Shown one piece after another: positions 1 through 11,300 of a stretch of 64,000 nucleotides of DNA. The notes below the pieces were generated by a model. The model had not been told where the DNA came from and did no database searches. It saw nothing but the letters and a program-made list of their open reading frames with translations. The DNA comes from Euglena gracilis (Eukaryota), in contig CP154954.1 of NCBI GenBank assembly GCA_039621445.1, forward strand, positions 20,880,642 to 20,944,641. Direction: 5' to 3'. Position numbers and translations under genes: made by a program. The first letter of the stretch is position 1, and each line of letters opens with the position of its first letter.

Positions 1-789
1 GATTTCCACGTGCCCACCATTGTAATCATCCAAACAAAAATACAACCCCCGAACAGAAACTTCATGGGCTCGTGTTTCCAAGTGTGATCCGTGATTTATT
101 TTTGGGTGGCAACAGCAAGGCTCAAGCAGAAGAGGTAAAGGGCTGGCATGTGCATGGCCCTGCCGCTTTGGCAAAGGGAGAGGCCAGCCAAGGCATCTGG
201 AAGCAGCGCCAGTGATGAATGTGACAATAAGTGGGCCACAAGGCGGGAATGCTGGGTTGGGGGGATGGCTTGCCAGCCAAAGAGGGCGGCGCTAAGAGTC
301 ATTCATTTCCGGTGGCGAACAGTCATCCGCAGCAACGCACGGGTGGCACTGCACACGCCCGACTGTCGAGGCCAGAGAGGGCCACGGCATCAGAAGCACG
401 ACAGGGGGCCCCAGCGCTTCTTGGCCTCGTCGCGACACCAGCGGTGGTACGGGTGCGCGTCGCTGACCCGGAGCAACGCCCGGAGCGTCAGGGAGGGCCC
501 CATGGCAGCGATGGCCGTGCCGGGGGACGCAGCAGAGTTTGGGGTTGACGCGCAGCGCAGGTGAGAAGGGCAGCGCCAGAAAGGGGCATGTGTCTGAATG
601 GATGTGGAGGGGGGGGGCTGGCATTAGTGTAACCCCCCCCCCGGGAAACTGTCACCTGACAGGTTGGCCGGTACCGGGGACGCTGACAACTTCCGAAACT
701 GACAGGTTGGCCAGTGATGGGGATCCCGACAGTTCCCCAGGGGGGGGGGGGGGTAAGAGTCACCAAGGGGTGGGGGTGGCACGGGGCCC

Positions 790-3700
790 AGCGGGGCGAA
801 CTGCCGGAGATCGTAGTCGCTGGTCTCGTTCAACAGGGCGTCGGCGCGGCGCCACTCCGCCGGGAAGTTGCGGAGGTACGAGTTCCAGTAGCCGCGGCGG
901 CAGCCCGGCGGGGCGGCGGCCCAATGCCATTGTGTCATTTGTGTCCCAATGCAGGGGGGGGGGATTGATATCGGAGGCCTTCGGAAAAATTGCGGAAAAA
1001 AATGCGGAAAAAATGCGGAAATTGCGGGAAAAAATGCGGAAATTGCGGAAAAAATGCGGAAATTGCGGAAAAAATGCGGAAATTGCGGAAAAAATTGCGG
1101 AAATTGCAGAAAAAAATGCGGAAAATTTTATATCGGGAATATACACATTTCTGCTTGAGAGGACTTAGAAATTTTTCAACTGTGAGGTTCAGAACACCGC
1201 AACACCCACGTCGATGCATGTGCGGAACGCGTGTACTCTGCCCAATCATCCTCAAAACAATCAAGTTGAAGCAAAGGGTAATTGATGCGCAAAAGGCTCA
1301 TACAGGCAGACATCTGAAAAGATCATAAATGAAACTGCTGAAATTAATGGTCTGAAAAACCTTTGAGTTGCAACATGCGTCTTGACGCTGGCATTGAACA
1401 ATGCTTCACCCCCACGCCCTTTCCCTCTCTTTCTTTTGTTGGCAGGTGCACCTGTGAGAAAAGTTGGTAAACTGGGGGAAGAAAACAACAAAACACAATA
1501 GCACACCTGTTGATCCATTTGAAGAATGGCTTGAACTCATTGCATCTTCCATCTTCGGTGGTGGGGAAAAAAATTCTGCGAATGGGAAAAAATTGCGGAA
1601 AAATTGCGGAAATTGCGGAAAAAATGCGAAAAATTGCGGATAATTGCGATAATTGCGGGAAAATTGCGGAAATTGCGGGAAAATTGTGGATATCAATTTC
1701 CCCCCCTGCCCAATGTCAGCAGGGTTGGAATCCAAATCTGAGGCCATTTCCCCACCTCTGCATCTCACTATTTATAATTGTCAGTAGGCAGGATGCCAGG
1801 TCATTGTTGTATGGCAATGGACCCAACGAGGCAGAGGTATGCGCACTGGTGAACACCGAAGTCAAATCACCTTCGCTGGAAAAAGAAAATAAAAAAATAA
1901 GTGGAATACGTCTCGCGCGCGCGACACATTTTTTTTCTTTTGGGACTCATCTTAAGCTGCGCCGTTCTGCAACAGCGATTCAGAGGAGCCTTTGACAACA
2001 GGCGCCTGGCTGGGCAGCTGTCGCCACTCAGGCAGCGGAGCTCCTCGCGCTTCTCCTTGGTGCGGAAGCCGGTGTAGCCGCTGGCGTGGCGCTTCCACAT
2101 CCAGTCCTGGAGGGACTTGCTGTGGAAGTGCTTGAGGTGGTATGCTGTGTCGTTCAGGGCAGGCCTGGTGGCAGCAGAGGGGCTGGAACCTGTCATCATC
2201 GGCGATGACCGCCCCGACCCCAATTCAGTTTGTGTGATTTATGCTATATATGCTATAGAATATTATATATATTATGCAGATATTACATTGTTATATGCAT
2301 ACATTGCATTGCTTATGCTATGTGTGTGTGTGTGTGTGTGTGTGCTCATATGATCTGGTGGCACCACAGCTCCACAAAAACAATGTGGCAATGCTCCAGC
2401 CGACCAAGCCGCTGGCCTTTGAGATGTGTGCAGTGCGCAGACCACACTCTGCAGCCTGGTACCGAATTCTCGCCGCTGCCCGCACCGGCACCAGCAGCGC
2501 ACATCACATGTGTCGGCTGGCGGCCACAGCCCCCCTGGGCGATGTTGCAGCCCTCCAGCACCGTCAGCTGGTGCGGGGACGGGAGGGTGCGGAAGCAGCG
2601 GCGGCTGACGAGGAACTTCCCGTTGAGGCGGCCAAAATGCGTCGCGTTGACCGAGTCGTGGACGCAGAGGGCGGCCCGGCGGTGGTACGCCTCGATAGTC
2701 AGCGTGGCGGGGAAATCCGGCCGCTTTTCATGGCCCCGGCCAGGCCGGAGCCCCAACGCATGCGGCAACCTCTCTGGCCAACAGAGAGCTGTGAAGCATC
2801 AGGAGGCCATGTGAAGAATCTGCCCAGGATATGTATGCATCGACTCGATTGGTACCTGTCACTGGCGGGGGTGACCCTCGTTGATTTCCATTGCTCTGGG
2901 CAAAAGATGTCGACTTTAAATGAACATAGCACAGCACCTCCATAATCGCTTTAAAACTTCTCAGGGGCATTAGGCGTTTGTACAACCAAAAGCACTACAG
3001 CTGCGCAGATGTGAGGAAGGGTGAGGGTCCAGGCTGGGTGGAGGACCCGAACATCACCCACGGCAACGCCACTGCCCCGGTACCGTTACGCTCGGCAGCC
3101 GCCACCAGGCTTGAGGTAGCCTCTGCTTGGAATGCCATCCCATCATTGAAAGAATCCCCCCATGGAAAAAATAACTTGACCTGACATGTGTGCCCCCTGT
3201 GCCCCTGTGTGGGCTGTGATTTGACAACCAAATGTGCCCCCCCCCTCCACAGAAGCGGTTGCAGGCAGACCGCCAGCGCCAGTGCCAGTGCCAACGCCGT
3301 CGAAGGAAGGCAAAATTCCTGAAACCATCAGTGAAGGTCCAACGTCCTACGCCAAAAGACCAGTGCCTCGCCCGGGGAGCCCAATACAAAATGCAACCTT
3401 GTCAACAGGCGGAATTTGACGAACCCCAGGAGTGGTGCCAGGCGGGCACTACCCCCCCCCCCCCCGGGGTCGGTGCCTGTTCATGGGACAAAAAGTGCCA
3501 AAATGGGCTTTTCTGGGCTGCCAGAGCCAAAGGTGCCAGAAGTGTCTTGGCCGAGCACCCAAATACGACCCCCGGGGGGGGGGTCGGATTTGGGTGCCTT
3601 GGAGTGCCTTCCAGAAATGCTAAAATTCAGCCTGGTCAATGTCAAATGCTGTTTTCACAAATAATTTTCACATAATTTTTATGGTTCTCTTCGTCAGAGA

Positions 3701-5420
3701 GCAACATTGTGAAACTTTGACAATTTTTTTTGCTCTCACTGCCTCGTGCCTTGCTGGAAACAGGTGGTTGCTTTTCGGTTTTACCTGTGAAGGGGGGGAG
3801 GGCAAAATTACTTGGACACATCTCGTTGACCGTTCCCCGTGCAAAGTCATTTGGGCACGCAAAGCTTAAGGCTTTAGGGCACTGAACGCTTATTTGGGAG
3901 GAGGTCTAAGAACACAAATGAGGTAATTATGAACAGAGCCCAGTTGGGAACGTGGGGTAGCGGGAGGAGTAGTAGAACTCGTCCGGGTCCAGGTTGAGCA
4001 GCCAGTCCGCGAATCCCTTAAACCGGTTGAAGCAGAACCGCATGGCTGGGGGGCAGGGCGAGGTCTATATGGCCAGCCCAGGGGTCACATGGACGGAAGC
4101 TGCCCCGGACGAAAAGGAATCGACAACCATGTGAGTGGGCCACCTCAACCAGGGTGGGGCAAGAGTGGGAGCCCTGCTGAAAGGGGGGGGTTGTAGGCCG
4201 GTGGGTCTGAAGGCCGGGAGGGGGGGTCCGACGGACAGGGGGGGGGGGCAACAAAAGAGCACTGGTGCAAGGGGTCCCTGGCACTCGCCACACAGCAAAC
4301 TGGGCCAGAAGCGAAGTGAGCGCCGGCTATAAACAGACAAGGAGTCTGAGTGCAACTAAGGGGGTCCATCCCCCACCCACCGCCCGTGAGCTTTCCGTTC
4401 AACCCTGGTGGGAGGGTGACTGGCGGGGCCCTGGAGGCAAGAGTGGGTGCCCTGCTGAAGGTGGGGGGCTTTGGGCCGGTAGGTCTGAAGGCTGGGGGGT
4501 CCACCCCCCCACCCACCACCCATCCACTTTCCGTTCAACGCTGTTGGGGGGGGGGGGACTGGCGGGGCCCTGGGGGCGACCTGCTCCATCAGCTGCGGGG
4601 CGTCGTACACGACGGGGAACCGCGCGGTGGTCACGAGGCCGCGCGCGACGTACGGCCGCAGGATGCGCTCCGAGGCCTCCACCGACCGCCGCGAGACGTT
4701 GGGGGGAGGCCCGGGCTGGCCAGCAGGGACGGAGGTCGCAACGTTTCTCAAACTCCGGGGAGAAGCTTGTTTCCGAACAGGCGAAATCAGAGCTCAGAGC
4801 TGCTTGGTGTGGACCAGGGGTTTTTTTAAGACCGGGGGGATGGGGGGAGGGGGTCGGCACCCACCCACCCACCCCCTGGGGTGGGGCCCCCCGGGGGAGG
4901 GGGAGGGGGTCCCGGGGAACCCACCCACTTTTGCCCGAAAATGGCCAAAAAAACGCTAAAAATAGCACCTTTTCAAAACTTTCGGCGCCTTCGGCGCTGA
5001 AAAAGATATACCCACCAGCCCCTACCTCCACCCCCCCCCCAGGGGGTCCAAGGGACCCACCCACCTGGGGCCTACCCCCCCGGGGGAGGGGGTCCAAAAC
5101 TAAAAAAAAAACCCTGGTGTGGACACAAACACTCCGGTAATGGGGTTGATTCCACACATGTGACCCCGCACAAACAAAATGGATATTCAAAAGAAATGGA
5201 ATGGTTGGAGTGTCGCAACACAGACACTTCCGGTTTGCCGGACAGGTAGAAGCGCGCCAGCGAAGCCAGCCAGGGCCTCGGGCGTGGAGGGTCGTCATGT
5301 GGACGAGGAAGAGGTGGTCGATGCCCAGCATCAGGTTGTACAGCACCCATTCCTGGAGGTAGGGGTCCTCCAGGTACAGCGCGGTGCAGACCGCCACCTT
5401 GCAGCGGGCGGCCCGGGTAC
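790..5420 (-). CDS. GT92 / GT2-like glycosyltransferase, multi-exon; gene ends not resolved
   Basis: Minus-strand exons in family order: ~5420-5290 VAVCTALYLEDPYLQEWVLYNLMLGIDHLFL; ~4700-4585 ILRPYVARGLVTT; ~4016-3966 FADWLLNLDPDEFYY (DxDE); ~3100-3035 GAVALPWVMFGSS; ~2730-2545; ~2165-2000 YHLKHFHSKSLQDWMWK; ~915-790 DYDLRQF. Possible upstream exons at ~5880-6110 and a TM-like segment at ~7420-7520. Confidence 0.75.
952..1708. mobile_element. MITE with CAG(G)n..GATATC TIRs, 7-bp TSD and internal AATTGCGGAA repeats
   Basis: Ends CAG(G)nATTGATATC / GATATCAATTT(C)nTG; CCCAATG duplicated at 945-951 and 1709-1715; tandem (AAAT/TGCGG) arrays at ~985-1125 and ~1575-1690. Confidence 0.85.
4815..5116. 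mobile_element. hAT-like MITE with 8-bp TSD
   Basis: Ends CAGGGGTTTTTTT / AAAAAAAAACCCTG; GTGTGGAC at 4807-4814 and 5117-5124; related copy in the opposite orientation at 62472-62735. Confidence 0.85.
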
Positions 5421-5543
5421 AGTTTGAGTGGAGGTGGGGGCAGGACGAGGGTGGGTGGGTTCCATCGACACACCTCTTGTCTGGAATGCCGTCCCGTGCT
5501 GCGTGTGGATGTTTGATACCACGTTCTGTGGGTGTTGCTATGA

Positions 5544-5688
<145 letters not shown>

Positions 5689-7771
5689 GATGTGGTTATT
5701 GTTATGCCATTGTGTACCCACGTTGCTTGTGCATGAAAGCCCCGAAGAAAGGCAGGCACATGAGCAAGGAAAAGAATAGGCACGGTTTCAGCTGGTGATT
5801 TAGGCACTTGCGCTGCGGACGCTGTGGTGGTAACATGTGAGTGGCGGCTTCAGCAAGAAGTGACGTCTAACAGTCCACCTGCAGCAATGTGGTCGGGGGA
5901 AACTCCCTCTGCCTGTGCTGTGCACCGTGTTGGGGTCCACAGAGCCAAGGTGCCGCCGAAACTCCTCCACCGTGGTGAACCGGGTGGAGCGGACGGAAGC
6001 CGCGGCCAAGCACCCACAAACCACCCCGACATGCCCGCTGTGGAGGCTTGCCAGGGACAGCGATGGCCGCGGCCTCGCAGGGCTCTCGGCGGCCACTGAG
6101 TTTGTGCAGCCGTAACCCCCCCCCCCGGGGCCGGCCACCAAAGAGGAGCCTATAGTCCCTCGGGGTCATAAGTTGGGGTTAGAGCAGTGTCTTGCCAAGT
6201 GGAGGGAAAGGAGAAGAGAGGAGGGAAAGCACGGGCAAAATGGAACCACAATCTGCCACCAAAGAAAGGAGGGAATCCAAAGATACATATCCCCCGGCGA
6301 TTGCTCAGATTTTATGCCCATCATGAGTTACAATATTGTGTATGTGATGTAATGAATGCTGTATACATTATGGCAGATTGAATGCACAAAATCAGCACCT
6401 GCAGTGGACTCATGCTGCATGGCATCTTCAATGTTCGGCGAAACGTGGACTTGAGCGGCAGAGGGCTCCAACTCTGGATTGAGGAAACTGAACACGGCGA
6501 TGGCAGGGATTCCTGGAGTAACAGTAAAAGGTCACTTACAGTAAAAAAGGTTGAAAATTTGAAGCACTGCCCTTATAAGTTCCAGGTTGCCCTGAGAATC
6601 ACCAACGCGTTCATTTGTGCTGGCGCTCCGCAAAATGCGAAGGGTGGGAGCAGGACGCACCCACGCTGGCACAAGTGCAAAATCGATACACATAAAAAAA
6701 TATCACAAAAGAAAAAGACATGAACTCATTGAATGTGTTAACTGCTTCCATGTGGTTCTCCTGTGCATTCTTACTCAAACTGTAATACTGTACTAATAAC
6801 GCTGACAGAACAAGTCATGATGTTCCCCCCACCACAAATGAATCAGATTTGAAACAAAACAAACACAGTGCCTGTGATTATTAGCTGCTTAGGGACCTCT
6901 TTTTTGCCCCCCAAAGCGTGCTGACCTCCAATCAAGGGTCCGTGGGGGGGGGGGGGTGCTTCTGAGTCCGGAAGGGTGTTGTTCAAGCAAATACAGCAGG
7001 ATCCAAACAGTTTGCAACCCTGTCACAAGAAGCCCCGGTCGTCGGATGTTGCCCCCGCATAATTGCTGAGGATAATTCATGTGAAAGGAATCACATGGTG
7101 TTGCTTTTTGTCTCAGAGGTTTGGTGACCCCCATCAAGCCAGATTTTAGCTTCTGCCTGTTGCCCTCTCAGGGGGCCAGGGGCACCCCACGGCAAGTGAA
7201 GTGTTTCAGAGATACCCCCCCCGGGCAATTGTCGCGGCGACAAATCGGGCAGCACAGAGGGGGGGGGGGTGACAATTACCCGGGGGCGTCAATTGCCCGG
7301 GGGGGGGGGGGGGCGGGTACCTTTTTCCCTTGTCATTGTGGGCCAGACGGCATAAGACGTCGGAAATACTCACCCCGTCCGAGAGGACACCAAACCCTGG
7401 AGGCGGGGTGGGGGTGGTCCTGGGCCTCGCGCACCTGGCCGATGGCGAGGAGGAGGGCGCGGAGGACCAGCGCGGCGAAAACGACCTCAAGGGCGGCCAG
7501 CAGCCGGCCGCGCGGAGGCGCCGCCAGGGCGGCGGCACCGCGCGGCGGGGGCCCGGCGGTGGGGCTGGGGAGGGAGGCGCCGGGGCACGGGCGGCGGTGC
7601 ACATGCCGGGGGTCGGCACGGACCCCCGGTCGGCCGGGTTGCCCCCGAGGTGCCACCGGGCAAGTCAGCACACGAGTCAGCACACGAGTCAGCACACGAG
7701 TCAGCGCACAGCCTTGGTAACACTTCCCTGGGAGTGAGCCCGGGCAGACTGCACCTCACTAAACCCCACCC

Positions 7772-8111
7772 CCCACTTATAACCCCCCCCCCTCGGGCCG
7801 ACCAACCAAACCGGATCCTATAAACCCCCCCTGGGGAAGAAAAATGCCAACCACCGGGGACGATTTTTCCAGCCCCAAACCACCAAAAAACTGATTTTTG
7901 GGCAATTTTTTGATCCCCACCATCATTAAAAATGCCATTTTTGACCAAATTTGCCGAAAATTGCCAATTTGGGGGGGTTTCGGGGTCATTTTGGGGGGTC
8001 GGGTTTTCACCAACAATTCCGGATCCTATAAACCCCCCCACCTATAAACCCCCCCCCTTCGGCCGACCAACCAAACCGGATCCATTAAACCCCGGGGGGT
8101 TTATAAGTGGG
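7772..8111. mobile_element. MITE-like element with CCCACTTATAA inverted ends
   Basis: CCCACTTATAACCCCCC ... GGGGGTTTATAAGTGGG; internal repeated CCGACCAACCAAACCGGATCC; related sequence at ~22905-23270. TSD not resolved. Confidence 0.6.
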
Positions 8112-8383
8112 GGGGGGGGGGGTTTACAGCGCAACCGCTGGGTGGAAGTGGACATTGGCGGCAGCGTAAGGGTCGAAAAGGCAGCAGCGGTCCACAAGAT
8201 TCCGTGTGTCGTGTTTCGCTGTCACACGTTGTAGGGAAGCGTCGAAGCGGTTGAACGCATGAACCAGCCATGCGACTGAAATGGAGCAGCCGGCATGGAA
8301 GGTGGACCTGATGTATGAGCGTGGAAGGTGGTGATGGCAATGCCACCACCGGGATGAGGAGGTTTGCGGGGGGGCTGAGGGGA

Positions 8384-11300
8384 TCACAATTCCTCCTTCA
8401 TCTTCTCAGGGTCCATCTTCCGGAGGTCCTCCGCCGTAAACATCTTGAAGCCCATCCCTGCACAGAAATCCATCAGGCATCAGGGGCAGATGGTCCATGT
8501 CTGGTTGCAGGGGGAGGGGGTCACCTTCGCTTAACCCCCCTCCAAAATGAAACAACCCCCCAAATTTAAACAAAAACCTTTGGGCAAAACATACACCAAA
8601 AATCATCTTCCCCGCAACAGAAAATGTTTTGGGTTTTCAGGGGAACCGAACCCCCCCCTCCCCGGTCTAAAGGGGGGTCTGATCTCCCCCCCCCCGCAAA
8701 ACCCAAAACCACTGCTCACTTAATATCCTGGGGTTAGGGCCAAATCCAGAATTAAGCAACCCCTGAAAAAAAATGAAATTCAGGAAAAATAAACAGAAAT
8801 TTCCAATCCAACCAACAACTATCAGCAACAAAACCACCCAAACTCACAATGATTGCTCATTTTTTGTGTTTTGAAGGCAAGCACCAGCTCCTTCCGTAAC
8901 TGGAAAATTAGACATTTTTGTTCATATCCAGTCCAACCCAAAAATTTGAGAAACCTCTTAGCAGACAGTTGAAACCCAAATGCAAGCAGCAGGCTGCTTA
9001 TATTCGAAATTAGACTCATTTCGAGGGAGGGAGGGAAAGGACGCGTACCAGTCTCCCGCTTCATCTTCGCCAGGAGGTCCTGCAGGTCTTTTTCCTTGAG
9101 CTTGTCCTTGGGCTTCGCCCCGTCCGCTTTTGCATTAGCGGACGCCTGTGGGGAGGTGAAGTAGTCAAGTCGGTCACCCTGGAGCCCTCCTCGAGGGGGA
9201 CGGCAGACAAACAAACCACATAAAGTACTGTCCCACTGAACCCCGACTTTCAACTTTATTGGAGGGTTCACACAAAACAAGCCCATCCCCATCGTGGTAG
9301 GCAGCCTAAAAGCAACCCTCGGATTTGAGGTGTGACGTTCGGATGTGTTGTGGTCTTAGCATTGCACTGTGTTCGAATTGCAGTCCGACGTTGCACACCT
9401 TGATTGGCAAGTCCTTGGACTCACGCACCAGGCGAATCAAATCCGGCTTTTCTCCAGAGGCATACTGCTTCTCATCCACCCCTGGAAAAATGGGTGGAAA
9501 AAAAATAGATGTGAGGCGTGGTTTGCATTTGAATATGCTGCTGTTTTCCCTCCTTTGGTGTTTGCAAGCCAGAGAGGGAGGGATCATTCCAACAAGGAGA
9601 GGCGCAATGAGAAGGAGTAGAAGCACACATCATAAAATGGCTGACAAAATGAGATTTGGGTACGATTATGATAAACCACAAAAATTATCAGCAAACTTTC
9701 CACACAAACAGGCTTCTTCTTGAGACCCCCTGGCATGAGGCACAACCAGGAGGGGGTCGGTCCAGCCCATACCACACCTTACCGACCCCCGGGGGAGTGG
9801 GCCCACGAAAACCAGTCAGTCACTTTTTCAAAAGCCAATCACCCCCTGCCTGCCCCTGGGGGGGGGGGGGGTCGGTCTGGCCAGTCGGCCAAAAATGGCT
9901 GAAAACCAATGGATTTTGATCAAAGCCCCTGAAAAATTATCCGGCTCCTTCAGCGACGGTGGCCACTTTCGGCCATCCTTGGTCGACCCACTGTGGGGGG
10001 GGGGGGGGGGGTCCGGAGCCAAAAACCAGTTAGTCACTCCGAAAAAACCAGTCAGCAGTCCCCCTGGTGAGTGGGTAGTGCCGTTTGGGAAGGCCTGGTG
10101 GGGGGGTCAACCCCCCAACCACCACAGCACCCGCGCAAAGGAAAATCATTCGGTGCCGACGGAAAATCCTGACCGAAAAATCGGCACCCCCGGAAATGCG
10201 GGAATGCCTGGTTGTGCCTCATGCCAGGGGGTCTCAAGAAGAAGCCTGTTTGTGTGGAAAGTTTGCTGATAATTTTTTGTGGTTTGTCATAATCGTACCC
10301 AAATCCAGGGGGGGGGAATGCGCTGGACGGCCCTCGGAAAAAATGCGCAAAAATGCGCAAAAAAATGCGCTGAGTTTATGACATTCCTAAGGGAAAAAGG
10401 GCTTAGAAAAATTTCCAACAATAAACCCAAAATTAAACCAAAATCACCAAAAAAGAGCTGAAACGAAGGCATTTTGGCCAAAAAATGCATGACCAAGGCG
10501 TCACTCTCCGTTCACCATAACCAACAATGTCAGCCATGGTGCCCCTTACTTGTGACCAGGGGAGTGGGATTCCCGCCTTGGTTACGTGTCAATGTGGGGT
10601 CTTTGAAACCCCTAGTATCCTCATCGTCATTGGATGAGTACCCACACCTCATCACCCAAGGGTTTTCTCTTGAGGCGGGTCCCTTGGGTGGGAAAAAAGT
10701 GCGAAAATGCGTTCGTTGGTTACAGAAATGGGTCAGTTGAACGTGGGCAAAATTCGGTGAGCATGTGATTTGGGTGGAAAATGTGCAAAAATGGCAAAAT
10801 GTGCAAAATTGGGCAAAAAAAATGTGCAAAAAAATGCAAAAAAAATGAAAAATGTGCAAAATTGGGCAAAAAAATGCGCAAAAAAAATGCGCAAAAAAAA
10901 TGGAAAATGTGCAAAAATGGGGGGGGGGATGTGCAAAAAATGCGCAAAAAAAATGCGCATGAATGAAAAATTGACAAAAATGCGCAAAAATGCGGAAAAA
11001 TGCGCAGCGCATTCCCCCCCCCCTGCCAAATCTCACTTTGTCAGCCATTTTATGATGTGTGCTTCTACTCCTTCTCATTGCACCTCTCCTTGTTGGAATG
11101 ATCCCTCCCTCTCTGGCTTGCAAACATAGTGGTAAGGGGGGGGGTCGGACCCCCCCCACCAGGACGGGGGTGCGGTCGGACCCCCCCCCACCCACCACCC
11201 ACAGGGTTTCAGGGATTCTCGCCCAGTCCTGGGGGTGGGGTCGGACACACCTTAAACAGTGGCATGGGCCCGACCTTGCCCCCACCCGGGGGGGGGCAAG

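Noticed and set aside
760-1328. ORFs with KKCGNCG / AEIAEK repeats (also ~10530-11129 and ~28567-29085)
   Set aside because: Translations of MITE-internal tandem repeats, open in several frames on both strands.
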